Part shown: positions 30,724 through 40,012 of the stretch, one piece after another
How the letters are laid out: each line of letters begins with the position of its first letter
How positions within the stretch are numbered: the first letter of the stretch is position 1
Assembly (NCBI GenBank): GCA_965223415.1
Contig: OZ245002.1
Location: forward strand, 3,456,001-3,520,000
DNA: 64,000 bases
Direction of reading: 5' to 3'
From: Myxococcota bacterium
GTDB taxonomy: Bacteria > Myxococcota_A > UBA9160 > UBA6930
Program-made: the position numbers and the translations under genes
The notes under the pieces: generated by a model
Told to the model about the DNA's origin: nothing
What the model saw: only the letters and a program-made list of their open reading frames with translations
Databases searched by the model: none

Positions 30724-31971
30724 TCAGCGGATCTCGAGCTCGGCGGGATCGTTGCCCGCCAGCCCGTAGCGGCACATGAACTCGACCAGCCCGAGGCTGT
30801 AGGGGTTGGTCGTGTCCTCACCGGTGAAGATGCGCGGCATGTGGCGACGGAAGTGGAAGTCCATCATCCGCCCCACCGGCGTCCGTCGAACGTACTCGCC
30901 GACCCGGAACATCGTGAGCAGCCGACCGCTGTAGTAGTAGCCGGCGACCCGCTGCCAGACCGTGAGGTTGTGCAGCACGAGCTTCTGGTACTTCTCGAGG
31001 GCTCGATCGGTGCCCTTGAGCAGCGCCTTCGCCAGCGCTTCGGCGCTCTGCATGCCGATCAGCATCCCGCTCGAGAAGACCGGGTCGACGAAGCCGAAGG
31101 AGTCGCCGACCAGCGACCAGTTCGGCCCTACGCCGCGCTCGGTGCGCAGCTGGTAGTTCGTGTAGCGGATCACCGGTGTCGTCCTCCGCGCGTCCTTCGC
31201 CCATTCACGGGTGTGCGCGTCCGCCTGGAGGTAGGCGTCGAACTGCTCCTCGGCGGTCTTGCCGAAGCCGCGGACGAATTCGCTGCCGATCACGATGCCG
31301 ACGGACACGCGATCGCGTAGGGGGATGCGCCAGCTCCAGCCGTGCTCGAGGCGATCGGTGTGGACGTTGCCCTCGACCTCCATGGGCACGCCCTCCATGT
31401 GGGCGTGCAGCGCCGCGTCCTTGCGATCGCCCTCGATCGACGGCAGGTCGAGGAAGCGGGCGACCAGACGGTTGCGCCCGGTCGCGTCGACGATCCAGTC
31501 CGGCTCGCCGCCCAGCACCGGTCGCGCCGCCTCGAGGCTGGCTTCGTCCAGGCGCAGGCTCTCGCCGTCGTCGCTCTCGAGGCCGACCGAATGCTCCACC
31601 TGCTGGGCGCCGGCGTTCAGGGCGGCCTGGAGGAGGGTCGCGTCGAAGCGATCTCGGGGGACGTTGTAGGAGTAGGTGGTCTTTGCCGACGGCACCTCGT
31701 GGAACTTGAAGCTCATACCGTCCTGGAGACTGAAGACGAAGGTGGCGCCGCCCTTGAAGCGGCTGTAGGAGGCCACCTCCTTCTCGACGCCCAGCTTGCG
31801 CAGGTAGGGCACGATCGCCGGGACGAGGGACTCACCGACGATGATCGGCGGCCGCTTGCCGCGGGTGAAGAGCGCGACGTCCACGCCCTCCCTCGCCAGG
31901 TACGTCGCGACGGCCGAGCCGGCCGGGCCGCCGCCGAGGATCGCCACCTTCCGGAGCGTTCGCTTCGCCAT
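30724..31971 (-). CDS. Flavin-dependent halogenase-like protein
   Basis: GGGPAG, VGESL, Lys in KGGA, GWSWRIP (WxWxIP), GFVDPVFSSG. Confidence 0.82.
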   Translation of the reverse strand: MAKRTLRKVAILGGGPAGSAVATYLAREGVDVALFTRGKRPPIIVGESLVPAIVPYLRKLGVEKEVASYSRFKGGATFVFSLQDGMSFKFHEVPSAKTTYSYNVPRDRFDATLLQAALNAGAQQVEHSVGLESDDGESLRLDEASLEAARPVLGGEPDWIVDATGRNRLVARFLDLPSIEGDRKDAALHAHMEGVPMEVEGNVHTDRLEHGWSWRIPLRDRVSVGIVIGSEFVRGFGKTAEEQFDAYLQADAHTREWAKDARRTTPVIRYTNYQLRTERGVGPNWSLVGDSFGFVDPVFSSGMLIGMQSAEALAKALLKGTDRALEKYQKLVLHNLTVWQRVAGYYYSGRLLTMFRVGEYVRRTPVGRMMDFHFRRHMPRIFTGEDTTNPYSLGLVEFMCRYGLAGNDPAELEIR

Positions 31972-32276
31972 CGCGGCGCAGTCTAGCCCTAATCGGGCAT
32001 TCGGCTCGGAGTGAGGTGGCTGCGAGTCGGCGCTCGGAGGAGCAAGGCGCGGCCCCCTGCGTTCCGCACGACGACCCGCATCCTTGCGGGTGTTGCGCAG
32101 AGCGGCAGGCCCGGTTCCGGGTCGCGCCGACCGCGAGCGCTGCCCCGCGGCCACCTCACCGCGGCTCGAGGGGCAGCCAATGCGGCGTCGGAGCCAGCCC
32201 CCGTCCGCGTGGCCGCGAAAGGCTGGGGCCTTTCGCCTCGTGCCTTCCCGGGGAGGTTGCGCGAGACTCCGCGGCG

Positions 32277-32537
32277 ATGTCGGACTGGACCCGCGAGAAG
32301 CTGACCGCGCGCGTCTTCGAGATCCTCCGGGACGAGCTGCTCGAGGTGTCGGGCGAGTTCACGCCCGGCTCCGACCTGATCGAAGCGGGCCTCGACTCCC
32401 TCGCGGTCACCCAGCTCATGCTGGCCATCGAGGAGTGCACCGGCGTGTGGGTGGACGAGAGCCTGCTCACGCCCGAGAACCTCGAGACGGCGGAGACCCT
32501 GGCCGCCTGCGTGCACGAGCAGATCCAAGGGGCTTGA
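32277..32537 (+). CDS. Acyl/peptidyl carrier protein
   Basis: GLDSL phosphopantetheine Ser motif, 86 aa, acidic. Confidence 0.9.
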   Translation: MSDWTREKLTARVFEILRDELLEVSGEFTPGSDLIEAGLDSLAVTQLMLAIEECTGVWVDESLLTPENLETAETLAACVHEQIQGA

Positions 32538-32543
32538 GGCCAC

Positions 32544-33878
32544 GTGCCCCAGCGCGCGCACCCCCCGATTCCCCTGACCGGCGCGGACTGCTTCCTGCGC
32601 GCCTTCGACGACGAGGTGCGGCGCCGCGGCAGCGCGAGCCACGCCTCCCAGCTGGTGCTGAGGCTGGGGCCGGGCTTCGACCTGCCGGCCTTCGAGAAGC
32701 AGCTGGCGCTCGCCTGTGGAGCCCACCCGATCCTGCACGCGCCCATCCGGCGCCGCTTCCGGCTGGGCCCGCCCGCCTATCGACCCGACCGGGCCCGGGC
32801 CGACCGCCTGCCCCGCGTCGACACCCATCCCATCCAGGAGGGGACGACGCTGCCCGAGCTCTTCTTCTCGCGGCTGAACGAGCGCTTCCGCGCCGATCGG
32901 GGCGAGCTGCTGCGCGTCGACGCCGTGCCCCGGCCGTCGGGCACCGACCTGGCCTTCACCTGGCTGCACATGCTCTTCGACGGCGCCGGAAGCGAGGTCT
33001 TCCTCGAGTGGCTCGAAGCGGTGCACCGGGGCGAGCGCAGCGTGACGGAGCTGCCCCCGGACGACATGGCGGTCTCGCCGGGCCTGCCGGAGGGGCTCTC
33101 GGCCCGCGAGCGCGGCCGCCGCGCCACCGCCTGGCAGGCCTGGATGGCGTCGATGGCGGAGCCGCGCCCGCGCTCCCTGGCCGGCCCGCTGGCGACGGTG
33201 CGCCAGGCCCTCCGCTACGACCTGCTCAGTCTTCCGCCGGACGAGACCACAGCGGTGGCGGAGCGCGCCAAGCAGAAGGCCGGCTTCCTGACGCCGATGC
33301 TCTTCTACCTGGCGTGTGCCGTCCGCGCCCACGCGGCCGTGTTCCGGGCGCGCGGCGTCGATCCGGGCGCCTTCGTGGTGCCGCTGCCGGTGAACGTCCG
33401 CCCCAAGGGCAGCGAGCAGGCCATCTTCCGGACCCGCGTCTCGCTGCTCTGGTTCCGCGTGCTGCCGGGCCAGGCGGAGGACCTGGATGAGCTGATCGCG
33501 GAGCTCAAGCGTCAGCGCGTCGCCGCCATCAAGGCGGGGCACGTGGAGGGCGGGGTGATCGCGATGGACTACGCCCGCTTCGCGCCCATGCGCCTCTACG
33601 CCCACATGGCCCGCCGTGCGATGAAGGGCGAGCTGTGCTCCTTCTTCTTCGCCTTCACCGGCGAGTTCGCCGGAGGCCTCGACCGCTTTTTCGGGGCGCC
33701 CATCGAGAACGCCTTCCACGCGCCGCCGGTTCCCACCTCGCCCGGCAGCAGCGCCGCCATGAGCCTGCGCGCCGGTCGGCTGAACGTGAGCCACGTGCAG
33801 CAGGCGGGGCTCCTCGACGAGGGCGAGCGGGCGCTCTTCCGGGAGACGCTGCGCGCGGACCTGCTGGGTCGCCCGTGA
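32544..33878 (+). CDS. Stand-alone condensation-domain-like / CoA-dependent acyltransferase
   Basis: LHMLFDGAG (HxxxDG), PVNVRP, 444 aa, directly after an ACP. Confidence 0.7.
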   Translation: MPQRAHPPIPLTGADCFLRAFDDEVRRRGSASHASQLVLRLGPGFDLPAFEKQLALACGAHPILHAPIRRRFRLGPPAYRPDRARADRLPRVDTHPIQEGTTLPELFFSRLNERFRADRGELLRVDAVPRPSGTDLAFTWLHMLFDGAGSEVFLEWLEAVHRGERSVTELPPDDMAVSPGLPEGLSARERGRRATAWQAWMASMAEPRPRSLAGPLATVRQALRYDLLSLPPDETTAVAERAKQKAGFLTPMLFYLACAVRAHAAVFRARGVDPGAFVVPLPVNVRPKGSEQAIFRTRVSLLWFRVLPGQAEDLDELIAELKRQRVAAIKAGHVEGGVIAMDYARFAPMRLYAHMARRAMKGELCSFFFAFTGEFAGGLDRFFGAPIENAFHAPPVPTSPGSSAAMSLRAGRLNVSHVQQAGLLDEGERALFRETLRADLLGRP

Positions 33879-35140
33879 CCGGGCGCTACGACGTCGCGGT
33901 CGTCGGCGGCGGCTCCGCGGGGGTGGCCGCGGCGTTGGCGGCGGCGGGGCACGGCGCGCGGACCCTGCTCCTCGAGGCGAGCGATCGCTTCGGGGGCAAC
34001 GCCAGCCTGGCCCTGGTGCACACGATCTGCGGCCTGTACCTGCCGGCGGACGGTCCGGTGGCGAAGCCCGCGCATCCCGGCCTTCCGACCCGGCTCGCCC
34101 GGCGCCTGCAGCGAGCGGGCGCCGCCGGTGAGCCCGAGCGCGCGGGGCGCGTCTTTTTCCTGCCGATCGATCCGCGGGCCTATGGCGCGGCGTTGGCCGA
34201 GGCGGTCGCCGAGGCGAAGGGGCTCGTTGCCGCCACCGACACGAAGGCCCTCGCGATCGCCGAGGACGGCGGGGGATTCGTTCTTCGCCATGCGCGCGGG
34301 GAAGTGCAGGCTTCGCTGCTGGTCGACGCCACCGGCGACGCGGCGGTCGCCGCCCAGCTCGGCGCCGAGCGCACTGCCGAGCCTCCCGAGCGCCTCCAGC
34401 TCCCCTCCTACATCGTCGCCCTGCGCGGCGTCGGGGCGGCAGGGCTCGAGGGCTACGCCCGTCTCCAGCTGACCGCCGCCGTGGCGGGCGCGGCCCGCCA
34501 CGGCGAGCTCCCGGCCGGCTGCGAATCGGTCGTGGTGCGCTCCGGCCCGGCGCCGGGCACGGCCTACCTGACGTTAGGCGTCGCCCGGCCCGAAGGCCGG
34601 CCCTACGCGCCCCTGGACGTCGCCTGTCGGGAAGAGCTCGAGGCCGGCGCGCGGCGCGCCGCCGAGCGGGTGGTCGAGCACCTGCGGAAGACGCGGGCGG
34701 CGTTCGCGTGGGCCGAGGTCGACGCATGGCCCGCCCGCCTCGGCCTCCGGGAGACCGCGCGGCTGCGCAGCGAGATCGAGCTCGACCGGGAGGACGTCGT
34801 CCGCGGGCGCCGGCGCGACGACGAGGTGGCGCTCTCGACCTGGCCCGTCGAGCTGTGGCGCGATCACCGGCGCGCGCGCTTCGAGCACCCGGACGGGCCC
34901 TGCGGCGTGCCCCTCGGCGCGCTGCGCAGCCGCAGTCACCTCCGGCTCGGCTGTGCCGGCCGTTGCATGGGCGGCAGCCAGGAAGCCCTCGGCGCGCTGC
35001 GGGTGATCGGCACGGCCCTGGCGACCGGTGAGGCCATCGGGATCGCGGCGGCGCTGGCCGCCGACGCGGGCGGTACGCTCGCGGACGTGGAGCCCGCACG
35101 GGTGCGAGCGGCCACCGGGGGAGGATCCCACGCCCCATGA
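33875..35140 (+). CDS. FAD-dependent oxidoreductase
   Basis: YDVAVVGGGSAG, DATGD, RET, AGRC, RVIGTALATGEA. Confidence 0.85.
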   Translation: MTGRYDVAVVGGGSAGVAAALAAAGHGARTLLLEASDRFGGNASLALVHTICGLYLPADGPVAKPAHPGLPTRLARRLQRAGAAGEPERAGRVFFLPIDPRAYGAALAEAVAEAKGLVAATDTKALAIAEDGGGFVLRHARGEVQASLLVDATGDAAVAAQLGAERTAEPPERLQLPSYIVALRGVGAAGLEGYARLQLTAAVAGAARHGELPAGCESVVVRSGPAPGTAYLTLGVARPEGRPYAPLDVACREELEAGARRAAERVVEHLRKTRAAFAWAEVDAWPARLGLRETARLRSEIELDREDVVRGRRRDDEVALSTWPVELWRDHRRARFEHPDGPCGVPLGALRSRSHLRLGCAGRCMGGSQEALGALRVIGTALATGEAIGIAAALAADAGGTLADVEPARVRAATGGGSHAP

Positions 35141-36573
35141 CGGACACGGTGCTCGACGCGATACGTGCCCACGCCGGGAAGCGCCCCGACGCTCCGGCCT
35201 GGATCGCCGACCGGGGCGACGGCGAGGCGACGGCCGGCCGCTACGGCGAGCTCGTGGAGTGCTTCGACGCCCAGGCGGCCCGGCTGCAGCAGGTGGGGCT
35301 GCGTCCGGGCGAGCGCTGGGGCCTGGTGGCGCCCCAGGGCGCTGCCTTCATCGAGCATGCGCTGGGGCTGCTGGCTGCGGACGCCTGCCTCGTGCCGATC
35401 CCCGACGATACGGCCGGCCCGGCTCTCGAAGCCTTCGCCGAGCGCGCGCGACTGCACGGCCTGGTGCACATCGATCGCGACGGCGAGGCCCGGATCCTGC
35501 CCCGCGCGAACCCGGGCACCGTCGACGGCGGGGACGACGCGGCCTTCCGCGCCCTGCACCCGGCCTACCTGCGCTTCACCTCGGGCACGACCCACCGCCG
35601 CAAGGGGGTGATCCTCGGCCACGCGCGCATCCTGGAGCGCCTGGTGGCCGCGAACCGCGGTCTCGGCATCGGCGCGGGGGATCGGATCCTGTGGCTGCTG
35701 CCGATGGCCCATCACTTCGTCGTGTCGATCCTGCTCTACCTGCGCTACGGCGCGACGATCCTGCTGCCGAAGAGCTCCCTCGCGAAGGACGTGCTCGCCT
35801 TCGCCGGCCGCGAGGGCGCCAGCGTTTTCTACGCCTCGCCCTACCACTACAACCTGCTCGCCAAGGACGGCGGGGAGGAGCCGCTCGACGACGTGCGTCT
35901 CGCGATCTCCACCGCGGAGGGCCTTCGCCCGGAGATCGCCGAGCGCTTCGCGGTCCGCTACGGGAAGCCGCTGCGCCAGGCCCTCGGCATCATCGAGGTC
36001 GGGCTGCCGGTGATCGACCTCGAGGATCCTCGCCCCGGCGCCCTCGGCCGTCCGCTGCCGAACTACGAGGTGTGGCTGCGCGCCGAGGACGGGAGCCCGG
36101 TCGGGTCCTCGTCCCCGGAGCGTACCGGCGAGATCTGCATCCGCGGCCCCGGGCTCTTCGATGCCTACCTCGAGCCCTGGACGCCCTCCGCCCGCGTGCT
36201 CGAGCCGGACGGCTTCCGCACCGGCGACCAGGGATGGTTCGACGAGGGCGGTCGGCTCCACCTGGCCGGCCGGCGCGCCAACCGCATCAACATGGCGGGG
36301 ATGAAGTTCTTCAGCGAAGAGGTCGAGGCGATCCTGGACCGGGTGCCCGGCGTGCGTCGGAGCCGGGTCTCCGCCCGCGCCCACCCCCACCTTGGCGAGA
36401 TCCCCGTGGCCGAGCTCGAGCTGGAGGAGGGCGCCGACGCCCCGGACCGCAAGGCCCTCATGGCCCACTGCCGCACCCACCTCGCGACCTACAAGGTCCC
36501 CCGCCAGTTCGATGTCGTCGACTCCCTCCCCCTCACCCCCACCGGCAAGCTCGCCCGCCACACCGACCCCTGA
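35137..36573 (+). CDS. AMP-binding acyl-CoA/ACP ligase
   Basis: FTSGTTHRRKG, FRTGD, GRR...GMK, TGK. Confidence 0.9.
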   Translation: MTDTVLDAIRAHAGKRPDAPAWIADRGDGEATAGRYGELVECFDAQAARLQQVGLRPGERWGLVAPQGAAFIEHALGLLAADACLVPIPDDTAGPALEAFAERARLHGLVHIDRDGEARILPRANPGTVDGGDDAAFRALHPAYLRFTSGTTHRRKGVILGHARILERLVAANRGLGIGAGDRILWLLPMAHHFVVSILLYLRYGATILLPKSSLAKDVLAFAGREGASVFYASPYHYNLLAKDGGEEPLDDVRLAISTAEGLRPEIAERFAVRYGKPLRQALGIIEVGLPVIDLEDPRPGALGRPLPNYEVWLRAEDGSPVGSSSPERTGEICIRGPGLFDAYLEPWTPSARVLEPDGFRTGDQGWFDEGGRLHLAGRRANRINMAGMKFFSEEVEAILDRVPGVRRSRVSARAHPHLGEIPVAELELEEGADAPDRKALMAHCRTHLATYKVPRQFDVVDSLPLTPTGKLARHTDP

Positions 36574-36589
36574 GATCGCAAGAACGCCG

Positions 36590-36666
36590 ACGCAAGAGTG
36601 GGGACGTTCCTTGCATCTTGCGTTCTTCGAGAACGCAAGATGCAAGGAACGTCCCCACTCTTGCGT
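36590..36666. repeat. Palindromic intergenic repeat, copy 1 (37-bp perfect arms, 3-nt loop)
   Basis: ACGCAAGAGTGGGGACGTTCCTTGCATCTTGCGTTCT-tcg-reverse complement; lies between convergent genes. Confidence 0.95.
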
Positions 36667-36668
36667 GT

Positions 36669-37133
36669 TCAGAGCCAGCGCTTCACTCGTTCGGCGTAGG
36701 CGTCGTAGGCGTCGCAGAACCTGCGTCGGAGGGCGGGCTCTTCGATCTTCACCACGTAGAGGTGGGCGAGGGCGAAGAAGCCGGCGGCGTAGAGGAGCAG
36801 CAGGGGGCAGGCGAAGGCCCAGGCCTCGGCGAGCAACACCACCACGTAGAGCAGGTACATGGGGTTGCGCGACCAGCGGTAGGGGCCCTCGGCGACGAAG
36901 GCCTGGGGCGGGTCGAAGGGGGCCGGGGTGCCGCGGCCCGCGCGCACGAAACGGGCGATCTGAACGGCGAGCACGCCGAGCGCGAGGGCGAGGCCGGCCT
37001 TCGCCGCCGGGCCGCTTCGGGCCCAGCCCAGGGCGAAGCTGCTCCCCGCAGCGCGCAGCACGAGCCAGGGCCCCAGCCCGAAGAACATCGCCGCGAACCA
37101 GGCCATCACGGCCAGGGTCTTCGCGGCGATCAC
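36669..37133 (-). CDS. Isoprenylcysteine carboxylmethyltransferase/PEMT-family membrane protein
   Basis: GRGTPAPFDPP, GPYRWSRNPMY, EEPAL..RF...Y..Y...V.RW. Confidence 0.88.
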   Translation of the reverse strand: MIAAKTLAVMAWFAAMFFGLGPWLVLRAAGSSFALGWARSGPAAKAGLALALGVLAVQIARFVRAGRGTPAPFDPPQAFVAEGPYRWSRNPMYLLYVVVLLAEAWAFACPLLLLYAAGFFALAHLYVVKIEEPALRRRFCDAYDAYAERVKRWL

Positions 37134-38656
37134 GGCTCCAGGCCGAGGGCTCCGGCCCGATGCAGCTCGAGGACCCGGGCGATGTCGCCGTCCTGGCGGC
37201 GATCCTGCTCGAGACCCGGAACCGCCTTGCGCACGGCGTCCCGCAGCAGGCCGGCCCGGCGGCCGGGGATCTGGCCCTCGCGCTCGCGGAGATCGACGGC
37301 CTGGCAGACGGCGAGCAGTGCGATCGCGGCTACCTGCTCGGTCAGCTCGGCGATGCGCAGGCCGTCGCGGGCGGCGATCGTGCCCATGCTCACCTTGTCC
37401 TGGTTGTGGCTCTCGGTGCTCCGGCTGAAGGCCGCCGCCGGCATGGTGAGCTTCTGGGCCTCGGCCGCCAGCGCCGACGCGCTGATCTGCATCGCCTTGA
37501 ATCCGTGGTGGACGAGGGCGCCCTCGCCGGTCGCGGCCACCAGGTTCTCCGGCAGGCCGCCGCTGGTGGCGGGGCTGCACAGGAGGGCGAGCTGGCGATC
37601 GAGGAGGTCGGCCACGCTCGCGATCGCGGCCTTGAGCGTGTCCATCGCCAGGGCGACGTGGCCGCCGTAGAAGTTGCCGCCGTGCAGCACGTCTCCGCGC
37701 TCCGGGTCCACCAGCGGGTTGTCGTTCACGCCGTTCACCTCGATCTCGAGCAGCTCGCCGGCGAAGTCGGCCGCGTCGAGCAGCACTCCGAGGACGTGAG
37801 GCGAGCAGCGGACCGAATAGCGATCCTGCAGGCGATCCAGGGGCAGGGCTTCGTCGCGCTCGAGATCCGCGCGGATCCAGTGGGCAGCGCGCTCGCTGCC
37901 CCGGTGGGGCTTCCAGGCGAAGATGCGCCGGTCGAAGTGCTCCGGGTTGCCGTGGCACACCTCGCTGGCCAGGGCGCTCACCGCGGCGCCCAGCCGCGCC
38001 ACGCGCACGGCCCGCTCCCAGACCAAGCAGCCGAGCGCGGCCATCACGCTGGTGCCGTTCATCAGGGCGAGGCTCTCCTTCGGCCCCAGCCGCAGCGGCG
38101 GGATCCCGAGCTCCGCCCAGGCCCGGGTGGCCGGGACCACCCGCCCGGCGAAGCTCACCTCGCGCTCGCCGATCAGCATCGCAGCCAGGTAGGAGAGCGG
38201 CGTGAGGTCGCCGCTGGCTCCCACCGAGCCCTCCGCGGGAATGCGCGGCAGCAGACGATGCTCGAGGGCCGTGCACAGGCGCTCGAGCAGCGCCGCACTC
38301 ACGCCCGAGTGACCGCGGGCCAGGGACGCCGTCCGCACCACCAGCACGGCGGCGGCCTCGTCGTCGTCGAGGATGCGCCCGGTGCCGCAGCCGTGGAAGC
38401 GCAGCAGCTGGTGGGGCAGCTCGTCCTGCAGCTCCTGCGGGATGGCGTTGCCCACCGAGGCCCCCACGCCGGTGGTCACGCCGTACACGGCGCCGCCCCG
38501 GGCGAGCCGCTTCTTCACCGCCTCCTGTCCGGCGCGCAGCCGCTCCCGGAAGCCGGCGTCCTCCCACAGGGCCATGGGGCGCTCGCCTCGGGCCAGCGCC
38601 AGGACGTCCGGAAGCCGCAAGGGCGCCTGGCCCAGCCAGAAGGTCTCGCCATCCAC
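37130..38656 (-). CDS. Aromatic amino acid ammonia-lyase (HAL/PAL/TAL family)
   Basis: YGVTTG, GSVGASGDL (MIO-forming ASG), NGT, QDRYSVRC, NDNP, GGNF, HNQDKVSMG. Confidence 0.93.
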   Translation of the reverse strand: MDGETFWLGQAPLRLPDVLALARGERPMALWEDAGFRERLRAGQEAVKKRLARGGAVYGVTTGVGASVGNAIPQELQDELPHQLLRFHGCGTGRILDDDEAAAVLVVRTASLARGHSGVSAALLERLCTALEHRLLPRIPAEGSVGASGDLTPLSYLAAMLIGEREVSFAGRVVPATRAWAELGIPPLRLGPKESLALMNGTSVMAALGCLVWERAVRVARLGAAVSALASEVCHGNPEHFDRRIFAWKPHRGSERAAHWIRADLERDEALPLDRLQDRYSVRCSPHVLGVLLDAADFAGELLEIEVNGVNDNPLVDPERGDVLHGGNFYGGHVALAMDTLKAAIASVADLLDRQLALLCSPATSGGLPENLVAATGEGALVHHGFKAMQISASALAAEAQKLTMPAAAFSRSTESHNQDKVSMGTIAARDGLRIAELTEQVAAIALLAVCQAVDLREREGQIPGRRAGLLRDAVRKAVPGLEQDRRQDGDIARVLELHRAGALGLEP

Positions 38657-38737
38657 GCCCCGGATCCTACCCGCAGCGGGGCGGGATGTCCCCGGGGGCC
38701 GACCGACGGAAGCCGGCTCCGGTATCGTCTGCCCGCT

Positions 38738-39502
38738 GTGGGACGGAGGCTCTCCTTGGCGTGGCGTCGGCTCCGAACCGGACTGGGCTTCGCGTACTAC
38801 GGGCTCGGCCTGGTCGCCATTGCCGCCTGGCTGGGCCTGCGCAGCGCCGTCGGGGCTCCGCTCGCCCGCGACGCCGCCCAGCGGCTGCTGCAGCACGGAT
38901 ACGACAGCTTCGTCACCGTGATGCAGGCCCTCGGCCTGCTCCACCTCCGGGAGTCCGGGCTCGAGGCCCTGAAGGGGCCCGGGCCGCGGCTGGTCGTGGT
39001 GAATCATCCGTCGCTGATCGACTCGGCGCTCGTCGTGCGCCACCTGCCCCAGTCCGACAACTTCGTGAGCCCCACCTGGCAGCGTGTCCCTTTCTTCCGC
39101 AGCATCGCCGACGGGGTGGAGGCGATCCCCTCCGACGGAGGCAACGCCTCCGTCGACGAGGCCGTCCGGCGGTTGCGCGCCGGCCGCTGCGTGGTGATGT
39201 TCCCGGAGGGCACGCGTTCGCCCCGAGACGGCCTCGGTCGTTTCGGGCGCGGGGCGGCCCACGTCGCTCTCCGGAGCGGCTGCGATCTGATTCCCGTGGT
39301 GATCCGGATGGATCCCCCGACGTTGAAGAAGGGCGAGCGCTGGCATGAGGTTCCCGATCGGACGCCGAACGTGGAGCTGCGGGTGATGCCGCCGCTCTCC
39401 CCGGGCAAGGTCCTGACCGGCGACGAGCCTCCGATGCTGGCCGCCCGCAAGCTCACGGCCGCGCTCCGCGACCTCTACGAGAAGGTGCTCGATCTTGAGT
39501 AG
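38738..39502 (+). CDS. PlsC-type acyltransferase (ApeD-like)
   Basis: NHPSLID, FPEGTRS. Confidence 0.88.
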   Translation: MGRRLSLAWRRLRTGLGFAYYGLGLVAIAAWLGLRSAVGAPLARDAAQRLLQHGYDSFVTVMQALGLLHLRESGLEALKGPGPRLVVVNHPSLIDSALVVRHLPQSDNFVSPTWQRVPFFRSIADGVEAIPSDGGNASVDEAVRRLRAGRCVVMFPEGTRSPRDGLGRFGRGAAHVALRSGCDLIPVVIRMDPPTLKKGERWHEVPDRTPNVELRVMPPLSPGKVLTGDEPPMLAARKLTAALRDLYEKVLDLE

Positions 39503-39758
39503 CGACGCGCTCCACCTGGAAATCAAGAAGATCATCGTCGAGTCGCTGGCGCTGGAGGACATCGCGCCGGAGGAGATCGAGACGGAGGCGCCGCTCTTCG
39601 TCGAGGGCCTCGGGCTCGACTCGATCGACGCCCTCGAGCTCGCCATGGCCCTGGAGGAGAAGTACGGCGTGACGGTCGGCGACGACCCGGACGAGAACCA
39701 GAAGATCTTCTTCTCCGTTGCGAGTCTCGCGCAGTTCGTCACGGAGCAGCGCGGCTAG
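39495..39758 (+). CDS. Acyl carrier protein (ApeE-like)
   Basis: PLFVEGLGLDSIDALEL. Confidence 0.92.
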   Translation: MSSDALHLEIKKIIVESLALEDIAPEEIETEAPLFVEGLGLDSIDALELAMALEEKYGVTVGDDPDENQKIFFSVASLAQFVTEQRG

Positions 39759-39763
39759 GACGG

Positions 39764-40009
39764 GTGGCTTCCCCCGAAGAGATCTGGGGCACCGTCCGCG
39801 AGGTGCTGAGTGCCGAGTTCGAGTTCGACGAGGCCGAGCTGCGTCCGGCGGCCCATCTCACCGACGATCTCGACCTCGACAGCGTCGACGCGGTGGCCCT
39901 CCTGGTGCGCCTCGAGGACGCCACCGGGCTCGAGCTGGGCGAGGACGACCTGCGCTCCCTCGTGACGCTGCAGGACGTGGTCGACCTGGTGGCGGCGCGG
40001 CTGGCCTGA
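39764..40009 (+). CDS. Acyl carrier protein (ApeF-like)
   Basis: DLDLDSVDAV; tandem ACP pair. Confidence 0.9.
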   Translation: MASPEEIWGTVREVLSAEFEFDEAELRPAAHLTDDLDLDSVDAVALLVRLEDATGLELGEDDLRSLVTLQDVVDLVAARLA

Positions 40010-40012
40010 CCG

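Noticed and set aside
36590..36666. Palindrome as a CRISPR repeat
   Set aside because: Only isolated copies 25 kb apart, no repeat-spacer periodicity and no cas genes.
36669..37133. ICMT-like gene as the processing partner of the Cys-containing C-terminal motif (CAAX analogy)
   Set aside because: It is coupled to the ammonia-lyase gene, the family is widespread, and nothing in the sequence links it to the motif.
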